From a virus (Duplodnaviria > Caudoviricetes), in IMG/VR virus record IMGVR_UViG_3300017991_000133, positions 1 to 55,042 of that record: a stretch of 55,042 nucleotides of DNA. One strand, 5' to 3'. The position numbers and the translations under genes are program-made. How positions within the stretch are numbered: position 1 is the stretch's first letter; every line of letters begins with the position of its first letter. The notes below the pieces were generated by a model. The model saw only the letters and a list, made by a program, of their open reading frames with translations, was not told the origin of the DNA and searched no databases. Below are positions 1-8,943 of the stretch, in pieces.

Positions 1-21
1 CATCGGCTGTTTCCTTGTCAT

Positions 22-910
22 CTACCACCCCATAAATTCAGGGAGTGCCTTAAATTCTTCTTCCGTCATTTCCACTATTTCAATTATCATCTTGTCCCCG
101 ATGTCCATCTCTGATATGTAGGCATCCCAAATCTGTTCTTTGTCATAAACATCAACACACCAAGGCTCGTGTTCGTCAGGTCTGTATTTGATATATTTTT
201 TCTTTTCACTCACCGGATGTCTCCTTCGACATTATTTCTTCTACTTTTATCCCCCATGCCCATGATATATTTTTGAACCATCTTTGTGCTTTTCGGAAAG
301 CCTCTAGTTTATCCAATATTAGTTTCGGCTCATGTTTGGTGCTCCACCCCCGAGCCGTATATGGATACCATTGTCCAGAATCAGATAAAACTGATATGAG
401 ATAACCCTTAATCATCGGTTGCCTCCTTTGGCTCTACCTCTCCCTCCTCGCCCTCGGCCTCGATGCCCCCGTTAGCTTGGCTGCCAGTTCTGCATACTCG
501 TCAAGCAGTTTGCGTTGTTCCTCAATGATGTGCGTAAGTTTCGTCAGTAGATCACCATATCCCGTCGAATCGCTGTAATGGTTTTCCACAATCTCCCTGA
601 GCTGGGCATGGGCTTGCTTATTGCGATTCCGTGATGTTGTCCTAAACCTGTCATCCAAGGCAAACAACAACTCCTTTTCCGTCAATTTCTCACTCATCGG
701 TTGCCTCCTCTTTGTTTACCTTCCCGCCAATTTTATGCATTCTTCCGTTAGTTTCTTTTGAAATTCTTTTACAGCATAAATATATTCAAAAATGGCAATC
801 CGTATCAGCGAATCCATCGTGTGAAAATAAGGATTGCCTTTCAAAAAGTTTTCCAATTCTGTTTTTTCAACATCGTGTAGTTTGAATTTGTACTCATGCT
901 TTCTTTCCAT
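22..910 (-). CDS. Four small AT-rich hypothetical ORFs (22-213, 206-415, 434-697, 716-910)
   Basis: Tightly packed co-oriented ORFs with SD-like starts; lower GC than the genome core; no recognisable domain. Confidence 0.7.
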
Positions 911-916
911 CTCCTT

Positions 917-1198
917 TTACCTCCCCGTTTCATCACTTGCCTCTTTCTGTTTATGGTAGCCAAGCACCAGCAGCGCGCGTTCTATTTCCTGGCCGTACTC
1001 GGCCAGGGTATCGAGTAGCTGTTTTAGGTCCTGGGCCTCGAGGCGCTCGATGCGCACGCGAATGCTGCGCTGGTCCTCCCTTATGCCCCATACCCAAAGC
1101 TCTTTTTCAAACAGCAGCCACTGGGTTGCCAGGCCCGCCGTAAAAGCGATGATTACAGCCACAACCAGTTGCCAGCGCTTGTATCTAATCGGCTTCAT
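917..1198 (-). CDS. Small membrane-anchored coiled-coil hypothetical protein
   Basis: N-terminal hydrophobic segment LVVAVIIAFTAGLAT followed by a heptad-like region. Confidence 0.6.
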   Translation of the reverse strand: MKPIRYKRWQLVVAVIIAFTAGLATQWLLFEKELWVWGIREDQRSIRVRIERLEAQDLKQLLDTLAEYGQEIERALLVLGYHKQKEASDETGR

Positions 1199-1475
1199 CG
1201 GGCCTCTCCCCCATCGATCTGTCGATCTCGTTCCAGCTGTGGCAGCGCAGGGTCACCTCCACGTCGCCGGTGAAGAATATGTCGACTTCATCTCCGGTTT
1301 CCTCGATGATCGGCTCCAGGCGGAAGTCCATCGTAATCTGGCGCACGATGCAGCGGGCCAGCTGCGCGTGCAGCACCTCCCGCATCGTTGCCTCGGTCGG
1401 GTTCGTGATGGTCACCTGCCGGAGGATCCGGCGCTCGCCAATCTGAACGTGTTCCTTTTTGGTTATCTCTTCCAT
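1185..1475 (-). CDS. Hypothetical protein
   Basis: ORF overlapping its neighbours in a - strand operon. Confidence 0.6.
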   Translation of the reverse strand: MEEITKKEHVQIGERRILRQVTITNPTEATMREVLHAQLARCIVRQITMDFRLEPIIEETGDEVDIFFTGDVEVTLRCHSWNEIDRSMGERPDEAD

Positions 1476-1723
1476 GTCGTCTCTCCTTTCAGTTTTTGCC
1501 AGGCCACGGCTATAATGGCCGCTACGTAGACCGCGATCCCGGCTATTATCAGCAGCTTGGTCATGGCAGCCCTCCCCGGTCGCGAAGGTCTTCGAGGAAT
1601 CGCCGCTCGCGCCTGTCCATGATCCATCCGGCCAGGACGAACGGCCATGTTAGCGCAAAAAACCACAGCAGCACCACAGCCATGAGCGCCATGACCAGGG
1701 CTCCCTTTAGCTTGTCCCATATT

Positions 1724-2134
1724 CTATAAATCAAATCTCCTCCCCTTGGCCGGTATCCACGTGCCCAGCAGCACTCGTCCGGCCGGCACTAGGGCCTTTT
1801 GGAGCCCTGTTACTCTTATCAGTTGCCGGGCCTCCCAGTCTTGCGGGCCCTTGCGAACAAAGACAAACACCCGGTCCGCGTTCCAGTTCCAGGGCACGAG
1901 CTCCAGCGGCACGGCCTTGCGCTTCCAGCTGGCCTTGGGATCCGCCGTGGCCTGGATCCATAGCGTGATGGTTCGGGCCGGATGCTTTGCAATAATGTCT
2001 GCGCCGAACACGTCGCGTATCCGGGCCCAGCGGCCCCCTATGGGCAGGTTCGCTACACGCCAGCCGCGGTGCTGCAGCCACGCCGTCAGTTCGGCCTGGA
2101 AGTTAAGAGCCTTTTGTCGGTCCGCTTTGCCCAT
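1724..2134 (-). CDS. PD-(D/E)xK nuclease, Holliday-junction-resolvase-like
   Basis: 'DVFGADIIAKHP...LWIQAT' resembles the Hjc-like PD...(D/E/Q)xK layout; size and location fit. Confidence 0.55.
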   Translation of the reverse strand: MGKADRQKALNFQAELTAWLQHRGWRVANLPIGGRWARIRDVFGADIIAKHPARTITLWIQATADPKASWKRKAVPLELVPWNWNADRVFVFVRKGPQDWEARQLIRVTGLQKALVPAGRVLLGTWIPAKGRRFDL

Positions 2135-2546
2135 CGTGCTCCATCCTGTCAAAGAGCTGCTGCTGGCGTCTCAGCTGGTCCTGAAGCTTCCCGGTTAGGC
2201 TCTGCAGCACATCGAGCGTGCCTTGGATCGATACCAGGGCCTCGTTTGTCCTGTGGGCAGCCTCTTTCGCATACACCATGACATCGGATATGTTCATGTT
2301 TTTGTCGAGGTCGAGGCTGAGGCGCCACCACTGGCCGGCGTTGTTCCGGCTCTCCACCATGCCGCGCCGGTTTAACTTGCGCAGCACGTAGGATGCCTGG
2401 GCCACCTCTGTGCGCTCGGCTCCCGCCCTGAGATGGATGTGAGCGTTTATCTCCTTTGTGCTCAGCCACCTGGGCTTGTTCCGTTCCAGGTACGCCAAGA
2501 CAAAACGCTCCGCGTTCTCCGTCTTTTCCTGTTTCCTTTTTGCCAT
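2103..2546 (-). CDS. Winged-helix DNA-binding protein with coiled-coil tail
   Basis: 'LSTKEI...SYVLRKLNRRGMVES...WRL' wHTH pattern. Confidence 0.55.
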   Translation of the reverse strand: MAKRKQEKTENAERFVLAYLERNKPRWLSTKEINAHIHLRAGAERTEVAQASYVLRKLNRRGMVESRNNAGQWWRLSLDLDKNMNISDVMVYAKEAAHRTNEALVSIQGTLDVLQSLTGKLQDQLRRQQQLFDRMEHDGQSGPTKGS

Positions 2547-2559
2547 TCGTCACCTCCTG

Positions 2560-2979
2560 TTATGAGAATACTTTTTTCTTTCCGCCCGCCGCTTCCGGGC
2601 CCTTGCGCTGTTGGTCGATCCGGCGCAGCAGGCACTCGCACTTGCGTGCCACCTTGCGGCCGTCCTTTTCCTCGAGGATCCAGCCAGTATTGGAGCATTG
2701 GTCGCAGTAGCTGTCCATGTATTGCGGCCGGTCGCGGTCCATGGCCTCCCGGGCCAGGTGCGCCACCTCCGGCACCGTCGGCACCGAGCGCTGGTCAAAC
2801 AGGTCGCCGTCGCGTTTGTTCCGGATCGCCTGGTCGATGGCCTCCAGGATGTACTGGAGCGGTATGCTGGCCAGTTGGTTGAAATAGCTGTCCACAATGC
2901 CCGGCTCCGGCCTCCGTGTGAAGGCGTTTAGCATCTCGACCATCTTGCGCGCGAAGGTGTCCTTGTCCTCATGTTTCAT
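2560..2979 (-). CDS. Replication accessory protein (helicase loader/inhibitor-like) with C-terminal zinc ribbon
   Basis: 'SVPTVPEV' followed by CxxCxxxGW...CxC; lies downstream of the initiator. Confidence 0.5.
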   Translation of the reverse strand: MKHEDKDTFARKMVEMLNAFTRRPEPGIVDSYFNQLASIPLQYILEAIDQAIRNKRDGDLFDQRSVPTVPEVAHLAREAMDRDRPQYMDSYCDQCSNTGWILEEKDGRKVARKCECLLRRIDQQRKGPEAAGGKKKVFS

Positions 2980-3116
2980 TTTTTCCTCCGCCTCCTGGGC
3001 TTGCGCATGGTGGAAAGGGCGGCGTAGGCGAGCAGTGCCAGCATGCCGCAGAGCCAAAGTGCGGTTGCTCCGGCGGCCAGGGCCATCATCTGCAGCACTA
3101 GGATCATTTGCTCCTC

Positions 3117-3281
3117 TTACCAGCCAAGGTTCCTGTCGTCTTCGAGCCCGCGCCTATCTTTCCACTTGGCGCATGGGTAGTCGTTCACCTTGCGGTGCTC
3201 CTCCCGCACTATGCACCAGATCAGGTCGCTGCTTTCGGCCTCCTCGGCAAACAGGCAGCGCCCGCATGTGTAGTTGCTCAT
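3117..3281 (-). CDS. Small Cys-containing hypothetical protein (54 aa, not in ORF track)
   Basis: ATG overlaps the upstream stop; MSNYTCGRCLFAEE...WC...PCAKW. Confidence 0.5.
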   Translation of the reverse strand: MSNYTCGRCLFAEEAESSDLIWCIVREEHRKVNDYPCAKWKDRRGLEDDRNLGW

Positions 3282-3943
3282 TTGTCCTCCAGTCGTTCTA
3301 GGTTGCTTTTCGTCCGTATGCTTATGCCCTGCAGTCCCAGCGCGTCGGCCAGATCCTGCACCTTGCCCCAGCTGGGCTCCGGCAGGTTGTGGCCCTTGCT
3401 GTCGGCGCCGATGCTCACAAATTCCGGCCGGGCCAGTGCCACTAGCGCTTCCATAGGCTCTGGATCGAAGTCCATGACCGGCTCCACGCTCACCATCCTG
3501 CGGGCCGTCCGGCCCAGGAGCCTCAGGCTGGCAGCCCGGTCAAACACGCTGGCTCCCCCAGTGTAGTGGTTCGGGCGGTTCGTTTCGATGGTGGTCCCGA
3601 ATATTGTGGATGGCGGGAACTTGCCGTGAAACTCGAAGTAGCGCTTTGGGTTTTTCGATTGGAAGAGGTACGTGTTCTCCGGGTGGTCCGCGCATTTCTG
3701 CAGCACGGCTCTTATCCAGTCTGGATTGACGGATGCCGCGAACATGTCGGTCCCGCTGCCCACAAATATGGTGCGGTCCTGGCCAAGGTCTGTTGTGAGC
3801 TCTCGGCTCTTGAGCTCCAGGGCTTTGAGTGGGAAGCGCCGCATGTAGCAGTACATGCAGCCGTGGGGGCATCGGCCCTTTATCGGGTTCCAGGTGTGGC
3901 TCACCCAGGGGTACATGTTTCCCTTGCTTTCGCGTAGTGCCAT
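3278..3943 (-). CDS. Radical SAM protein, phage Gp37/Gp68 (DUF5131)-like
   Basis: 'TWNPIKGRCPHGCMYCYM' CxxxCxxC, 'IFVGSGTDMF', 'SVEP' motifs. Confidence 0.8.
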   Translation of the reverse strand: MALRESKGNMYPWVSHTWNPIKGRCPHGCMYCYMRRFPLKALELKSRELTTDLGQDRTIFVGSGTDMFAASVNPDWIRAVLQKCADHPENTYLFQSKNPKRYFEFHGKFPPSTIFGTTIETNRPNHYTGGASVFDRAASLRLLGRTARRMVSVEPVMDFDPEPMEALVALARPEFVSIGADSKGHNLPEPSWGKVQDLADALGLQGISIRTKSNLERLEDK

Positions 3944-3946
3944 GGG

Positions 3947-4375
3947 TCAGTTGTAGTGGAGCGTTTCCGCGGTCACCGTAATCGTGTGGGTTCCTATTTG
4001 GGCCGGGTCGTCGGGGATCGTTATGTCTATCTGCAGGCCCCTGGGCGAATCCGGGCCCAGGGTTATGGTGTCGTCCCCCAGCGGGAACACATAGGTCCAG
4101 TCGGCCGGGACCTCGACCGAGATCTGGATCTCTCCTGCAAATTCGTTAACTGAGGTGACGGTCACGCCTAGCGGGACGGTTCTGCCAATGGGCGATTTCC
4201 AGCCCTCTGGATAATTGAGCGCGAGCTCGAAGTCCGGCTTGGCCAGCACGTCTATGGTGGCCGTGGCTGTCTTCGTTATGATCGGCGGCGTCTGCGTGAA
4301 AACGATGATGGCCGCCACCACCAGGGCCAGCACGATGAAGATTATGCCGGCAATCAAAAGGCTTTTGTCTTTCAT
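3947..4375 (-). CDS. Membrane-anchored Ig-like beta-sandwich protein
   Basis: N-terminal TM helix, then alternating beta strands ('PDFEL', 'GTHTITVTA'). Confidence 0.6.
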   Translation of the reverse strand: MKDKSLLIAGIIFIVLALVVAAIIVFTQTPPIITKTATATIDVLAKPDFELALNYPEGWKSPIGRTVPLGVTVTSVNEFAGEIQISVEVPADWTYVFPLGDDTITLGPDSPRGLQIDITIPDDPAQIGTHTITVTAETLHYN

Positions 4376-4776
4376 TTTTTCCCTCCATTCTTTTTTTTAT
4401 CCACATGCCTGCGCAGCTCTTCCTGGCGGCTTGCCAGCAGGCTGCGGTAGGTTATGAGGTTTCGCTTTTTTGTGGGCGATATGTTTTTGTTTCCCTCTAG
4501 CAGAGTCTCTAGACGGTAGAGGGCGAGCTCCACGACCTTGCGCTCGCCCCGGTACTTTGTTCTGAGATGGTCGTACTCCCTGCGCTTGCATACGATGTAG
4601 AAGAGCGTGTCGAGCTCGGCGTCGTGCCTGAATATCTTTATGCCTCTCACGAATGATACCATAATTTCCTGGGCCAGGTCCTTTCGCCCGGGATCGTGCG
4701 GGCCCAGCAGCTTGGTGGCCCTGCCCAGGGCCTGGTTGTAATAGTGCTTTAGCACCATTCCCGAGGGTCGCTTCAT
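4372..4776 (-). CDS. Sigma-factor-like protein (ECF sigma region 2)
   Basis: 'DLAQEIMVSFVRGIKIF...LDTLFYIVCKRREYDHLR' matches the sigma-70 region 2 pattern. Confidence 0.6.
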   Translation of the reverse strand: MKRPSGMVLKHYYNQALGRATKLLGPHDPGRKDLAQEIMVSFVRGIKIFRHDAELDTLFYIVCKRREYDHLRTKYRGERKVVELALYRLETLLEGNKNISPTKKRNLITYRSLLASRQEELRRHVDKKKNGGKK

Positions 4777-5129
4777 TGCTGAGCCTCTACCTCGTCAAGA
4801 TACTCGTCTATCCTTGCCATAAGCTTTTTCGCTTTTTTCTCGTCCTTTTTGTCCCAGCCTGCGAGCGGGCTCAGGTCGGCAGCGGTCCCCAGGATCCTGG
4901 TGAACACAACCATGCAGCCCAGCCTGACCGGGCCGGTTTTTTTATGAAACTTGTGCAGCGGGCAGCCCCGGCAGCCTCTGTCTGCATACTTTATGCAAAA
5001 TGGGCAAGCGGTGCTTGGCCATGAGTTGGGTGTCGGTTTGGGGTTGAACCGCCTGCGGATCCAGGACCAGTCCTCTGCGCTTATGCTTATGAGCTTGCCG
5101 TCGATGCGTGTTCTAATCCTTTTCGCCAT
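4773..5129 (-). CDS. Cys-rich hypothetical protein
   Basis: CPFC...CRGCPL...C motif. Confidence 0.6.
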   Translation of the reverse strand: MAKRIRTRIDGKLISISAEDWSWIRRRFNPKPTPNSWPSTACPFCIKYADRGCRGCPLHKFHKKTGPVRLGCMVVFTRILGTAADLSPLAGWDKKDEKKAKKLMARIDEYLDEVEAQQ

Positions 5130-5745
5130 CTTTTTCTCCCATGATCCGCTCCCACCATGCCTGGCCGTAATTGACTCGGTGGTAGGGCGTGGGCCCGCGG
5201 AGGCGAAGCTGCTTGTACATAACGGGGTCAGGGCTGCCGTGGTTCGTCTCGAGATTGTATCCCGGGTAGAATGCCCCAAATCCTCCAAACAGAGCGTCCA
5301 CATAAATCTTAGCCACGATGCTCGCTGCGGCCACCTCGTAGATTCCCTTGTCGGCCTTTGTCTTGCAGGTCACAGGGATCCCGATCTTGCGGCGCATAAG
5401 ATTGAGAGCGGCCGCTGAGAAGTAGCCGTCAAGCAGAACGCTGGCCTTGTCTGTGCTTATTTGCATTGCGTAGAGCTTGTCGAGCAGCTGGCGCACGGCT
5501 GCTATCATGGCGTTGTTTCTGGCCAGGTGCACGCCTATATGGCTTATGTCCTGGACGGTTGCCAGGGTGACGGAGTAGATGTTGTGCTTTTGGAGCTCCG
5601 GCCAGACCTCGAGGCGCTGGGCTGGGCTCAGGAGCTTGCTGTCTCGCACGCCGGGCACTCTTTTGTTGGTGGGCGTTAACGCGCATACCACACAGTCGCC
5701 GGCAATGCTGGGGCTGAAGTTCACCTCATCGACTCCTATTATCAT
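5113..5745 (-). CDS. rnhB: Ribonuclease HII
   Basis: 'IIGVDEV', 'GVRDSKLLS', 'LLDG', 'KAD...VAAASIVAK', 'HR' motifs. Confidence 0.88.
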   Translation of the reverse strand: MIIGVDEVNFSPSIAGDCVVCALTPTNKRVPGVRDSKLLSPAQRLEVWPELQKHNIYSVTLATVQDISHIGVHLARNNAMIAAVRQLLDKLYAMQISTDKASVLLDGYFSAAALNLMRRKIGIPVTCKTKADKGIYEVAAASIVAKIYVDALFGGFGAFYPGYNLETNHGSPDPVMYKQLRLRGPTPYHRVNYGQAWWERIMGEKDGEKD

Positions 5746-5923
5746 CTGGCCGCCTCCTGTGTTATTTCGTAGAGGTGGCTGACCTCTCGCCGCCGTAAAA
5801 AGGGCCGCCGTCGCGTTTGCCGCGGAAATTCGCTTGGCGAGAGGTGTGCCGCGCGAATTTGCCTCGGCGTTCGTTTTTTTTCTGTGCGGTGTGGGTACCG
5901 CAGGGTTTTTAGATTTTTTTTCT

Positions 5924-6694
5924 TCATTTTTCCTCCTTGGGTTTTTTCACCCATGCCTCCAGGCTGGGTGGCAGCTTGTCGCTCCGCGGGTCGAATTTAT
6001 CCGTGCCTCCTGACTTCTGTTCCCTGGAAAGCCAGTTTCTGATGAAGGCTGCCCAGTTTTTTTTCTGGCCTTTTCCCGGCGCTCCTGTGCTCGTTGTCCA
6101 GTTGCGGATGCACCAGTCGGCCATGCGCAGGAGTTCGAGTTCGATATCGCATTTCGGGTATGCTTTTTTCCAAAGATTGAGGTCTTCGGTGGTGATGCCC
6201 CGCCAGAGACGCGCGCGCGCGTCAAACCTAAGTGCTACGCTATTGGTATCATCAATACAGTTCTTCTTCTTCTCTTTACTTTTAACTTTACATTTAAATT
6301 TAAGGCGGTTTAGGACCGGGGTACTGCTGGGGTGCCCCTGGTGTTCGGCTGGCGGGGGGCTGAATTTTGATGGCGCTTCGTCGCGGGTCCGTGGTTTGTT
6401 GAATGTGTGGAATGCCTTGTACTGGAGGACAGGCTGCTTGTGCTTTGGATCCTCGTAGAGCAGCACCAGGCCCGCGTTCGAAAGGTCCTCGAGGCTGTCG
6501 ATTATCTGGCCTGGCGACCAGGAGAGCAGCGGGCAGACGTCGAGCTTGATCTCTTTCGGGTCGGCCCAAAGCCGGCCCTGGACATCCAGGTGCGGCAGCA
6601 TGATGCAGTACAGGGTTCTGCTCCGCTCGAATCTCAGAGCGGCAAACTTTTCTGAGCGCGATATGCGCTTGTCTATTATTCTGCCTCTCGGCAT
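5924..6694 (-). CDS. Phage replication initiator (replisome organiser type)
   Basis: 'RGRIIDKRISRSEKF...LY...HLDVQGRL' N-terminus, wHTH, C-terminal 'KNWAAFIRNWL'. Confidence 0.75.
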   Translation of the reverse strand: MPRGRIIDKRISRSEKFAALRFERSRTLYCIMLPHLDVQGRLWADPKEIKLDVCPLLSWSPGQIIDSLEDLSNAGLVLLYEDPKHKQPVLQYKAFHTFNKPRTRDEAPSKFSPPPAEHQGHPSSTPVLNRLKFKCKVKSKEKKKNCIDDTNSVALRFDARARLWRGITTEDLNLWKKAYPKCDIELELLRMADWCIRNWTTSTGAPGKGQKKNWAAFIRNWLSREQKSGGTDKFDPRSDKLPPSLEAWVKKPKEEK

Positions 6695-6790
6695 GTCACC
6701 TCCTTTTGTCATGGGCGGCGCCGGCGGTCCATTGCGAGGTTGCGCTTTGGGAGGTTATCCAGGTTCGCACCGGCCGCCGCCCTTTTTTGT

Positions 6791-6997
6791 TCAATCGATG
6801 AATCCTATCGCGGCTTTTATCAGCGGAAGCTGCTTGTCAAGCACCCGGGCCATGTCGGAGAGATGTTTCGTTCCGGCTGCTATTGTCTGGATCGCACACT
6901 GGTCGGAGCGCCTGTCCCACCAGGCGCAGTCGCTTCGCTGGCAATATACCACGCCGCAAGTCCTCAGCGGGCATGATTTTTGGTCTTGGTCAATCAT
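6791..6997 (-). CDS. Small Cys-rich hypothetical protein
   Basis: CPL...C...CAWW...C motif common in small phage proteins. Confidence 0.6.
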   Translation of the reverse strand: MIDQDQKSCPLRTCGVVYCQRSDCAWWDRRSDQCAIQTIAAGTKHLSDMARVLDKQLPLIKAAIGFID

Positions 6998-8024
6998 CCT
7001 CTGTGCCTCCTATGTAGTTTATGGTGGTGCTGCTGGCCTGGGTTTCCTTTTGGTACTTGCGCTGCATGAGCTGGCGCACGGCCGGTGGCAGCTGCAGGCT
7101 CTTTGTGGTCCATGTCCTTGTCGTTATCTCCACATCGTGGTGGATGGCGTTGGCACCGTAGAATCGCCCGGGCGCGTTTTTTGTGCCTATGAGCTTGCGT
7201 TCCAGGGCCCGGCTCTCATCCACGGCCTCCTGGAGGGCGAGGTAGCGCTGGATGTCCTTGTAGTCCTCAGCGGTTATCTCCTGGAGGTTCGATACGTACT
7301 GGAGCGGCTGGCAGATGTGCTCGAAGTCGCAGAGGCCGCAGACGTCGCTTTCGTATTCAATCCTTGGCGGCAGCGTGCCCGCGGCCACGTGCTCGTTCAC
7401 GGCGATGCAGGTTTGGATGTGCTGCTCGGCCATGTCGTAGTCCAGCATCATGGGCAGGATCCTGGGAAGCTTCCCGAAGCTGCCGAGGATAAGAAATCCG
7501 CCCTCGTGGCCCTCGAGGAGAAGGTAGAGGTTCAGCTGCCCGGGCTTGCGCCGGATCCAGTGCTTAGAGTGGTTCTTTATCGCGTCGATGTTGCGCGTCG
7601 AGTCCCAGTACCAGGGCATGACGCTCGTGATCTCCATGGGCCAGCGGCGCTTCTCCGCGCCCACAATGAAGCCGTCTATGCGGCCCCGCAGCTGATACTT
7701 GTCCCAGCTTGTGCTCAGCTGCTGCAGCTGCACTTTGTAGCCGCAGCGGCGAAGCTGTTCCTCGACCTCGTCCTCCATGGCGATGCCGGCGTCCAGGCGC
7801 GCCTGCACATGGACGTCCTTTTGTTTCCGCTCTCTCCAGTGAGTGCGCGCGTAGACTAGAAATCGCCGGCAGGGATGAGGCACCTCGCTTGCCCAGTTGG
7901 CGGCATCGTGCGGCTTAGGGCCTCCGGCCTTTTCCAACTTGCGCTGGAGGTTGGCCTCCATCCTGTTGCCTATGTCGAATGAAATCTCGCGCAGCTGCTG
8001 GAGTGTGAGCTCCTGCTTAGCCAT
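6990..8024 (-). CDS. Cas4/RecB-like PD-(D/E)xK exonuclease
   Basis: 'ASEVPHPCRR', 'GRIDG', 'EITS', 'QLNLY' and C-terminal CxxCxxxxxC. Confidence 0.8.
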   Translation of the reverse strand: MAKQELTLQQLREISFDIGNRMEANLQRKLEKAGGPKPHDAANWASEVPHPCRRFLVYARTHWRERKQKDVHVQARLDAGIAMEDEVEEQLRRCGYKVQLQQLSTSWDKYQLRGRIDGFIVGAEKRRWPMEITSVMPWYWDSTRNIDAIKNHSKHWIRRKPGQLNLYLLLEGHEGGFLILGSFGKLPRILPMMLDYDMAEQHIQTCIAVNEHVAAGTLPPRIEYESDVCGLCDFEHICQPLQYVSNLQEITAEDYKDIQRYLALQEAVDESRALERKLIGTKNAPGRFYGANAIHHDVEITTRTWTTKSLQLPPAVRQLMQRKYQKETQASSTTINYIGGTEDD

Positions 8025-8253
8025 CGGGACCTCCGTTTAACACGGCCCCGGCTATCGAGCTGTAGATGTCATCCCACAGCACGATATAGTACTCGCGGGC
8101 TTCATCGGGGCCTATCTCAAGGATGATTCCCTCGCCGTCGTAGCTTGCGTGGAGCGGCGTGTCAGCGTAGCTGCCGCTGCCCAGCGCCACGCGCAGACGC
8201 ATGCCTGTGGTCTTCCGGTAGGGGATCGTGATGGTTGTCTGCTTGCTGTCCAT
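8017..8253 (-). CDS. Hypothetical protein
   Basis: ORF coupled to its neighbours. Confidence 0.55.
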   Translation of the reverse strand: MDSKQTTITIPYRKTTGMRLRVALGSGSYADTPLHASYDGEGIILEIGPDEAREYYIVLWDDIYSSIAGAVLNGGPDG

Positions 8254-8371
8254 GCCGGGCCTCACCAGGTGAATGGGTTAAGCCAGACAAGCATCATGTA
8301 CATGTAGGCCGCCCAGCTAAGGCCTGCGGCTGCCCACAGAATAATGTCGGCAATGCTCGAGTTTTTCTCTT

Positions 8372-8731
8372 TCATTTTTCCTCCTTTTTTTTGTCTGCAG
8401 ATACGCTCCAGGCCAGGGCCGCTACCCAGCCCAGCAGAGTGAATCCCAGCAGCAGGTTAATAATGGCGATGGGTCCTGTTTGCCGGTGCTGCCGCTTGGC
8501 AGCGATGATGGTCGGCAGGAGGTAGAGCGCGATGGCCGCGATGGCCGCGCCCAGCAGTGCGAGAGCGCCCGCGGCGCTTGTGGCTGCGCTCGATATCCTG
8601 TCCTGCAGCGGCTCGTAGCCGGCATAGCCGGCGTTGCGGGAGTCCTGCCAGCCGATGTAGATGCAGAGGGCCACCAGGGCCGCTCCGACCAGGGCCCAAA
8701 TCAGCAGGGCTTTTTTCGTCTTTGCTTTCAT
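8372..8731 (-). CDS. Superinfection immunity protein (T4 Imm-like) with extra N-terminal TM
   Basis: 'LYLLPTIIAAKRQH...IAIINLLLGFTLLGWVAALAWS' signature. Confidence 0.88.
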   Translation of the reverse strand: MKAKTKKALLIWALVGAALVALCIYIGWQDSRNAGYAGYEPLQDRISSAATSAAGALALLGAAIAAIALYLLPTIIAAKRQHRQTGPIAIINLLLGFTLLGWVAALAWSVSADKKKEEK

Positions 8732-8943
8732 TGCTCCTCCCTTTTCCTGGCCCGGCGCAGCTGCCATAAGGTGGCAAAGAACGCCGTGATTGACGCCAGC
8801 CATAGTGCCAGGGCGATGATTCTCAGCCATTCGGGCCCATCGAATTTTACCGCCCCTGCCAGCAGGGCGCATGTGGCCAGTGTCGCCATAACCAGGATGG
8901 TTGCCCGGTCGTGGAGGCGCTCAACTTTTTTGCTCCACATGGG

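Noticed and set aside
6990-8024. Cas4-like gene as evidence of a CRISPR-Cas system
   Set aside because: No array or other cas genes; it sits in the recombination module like a typical solo phage exonuclease.
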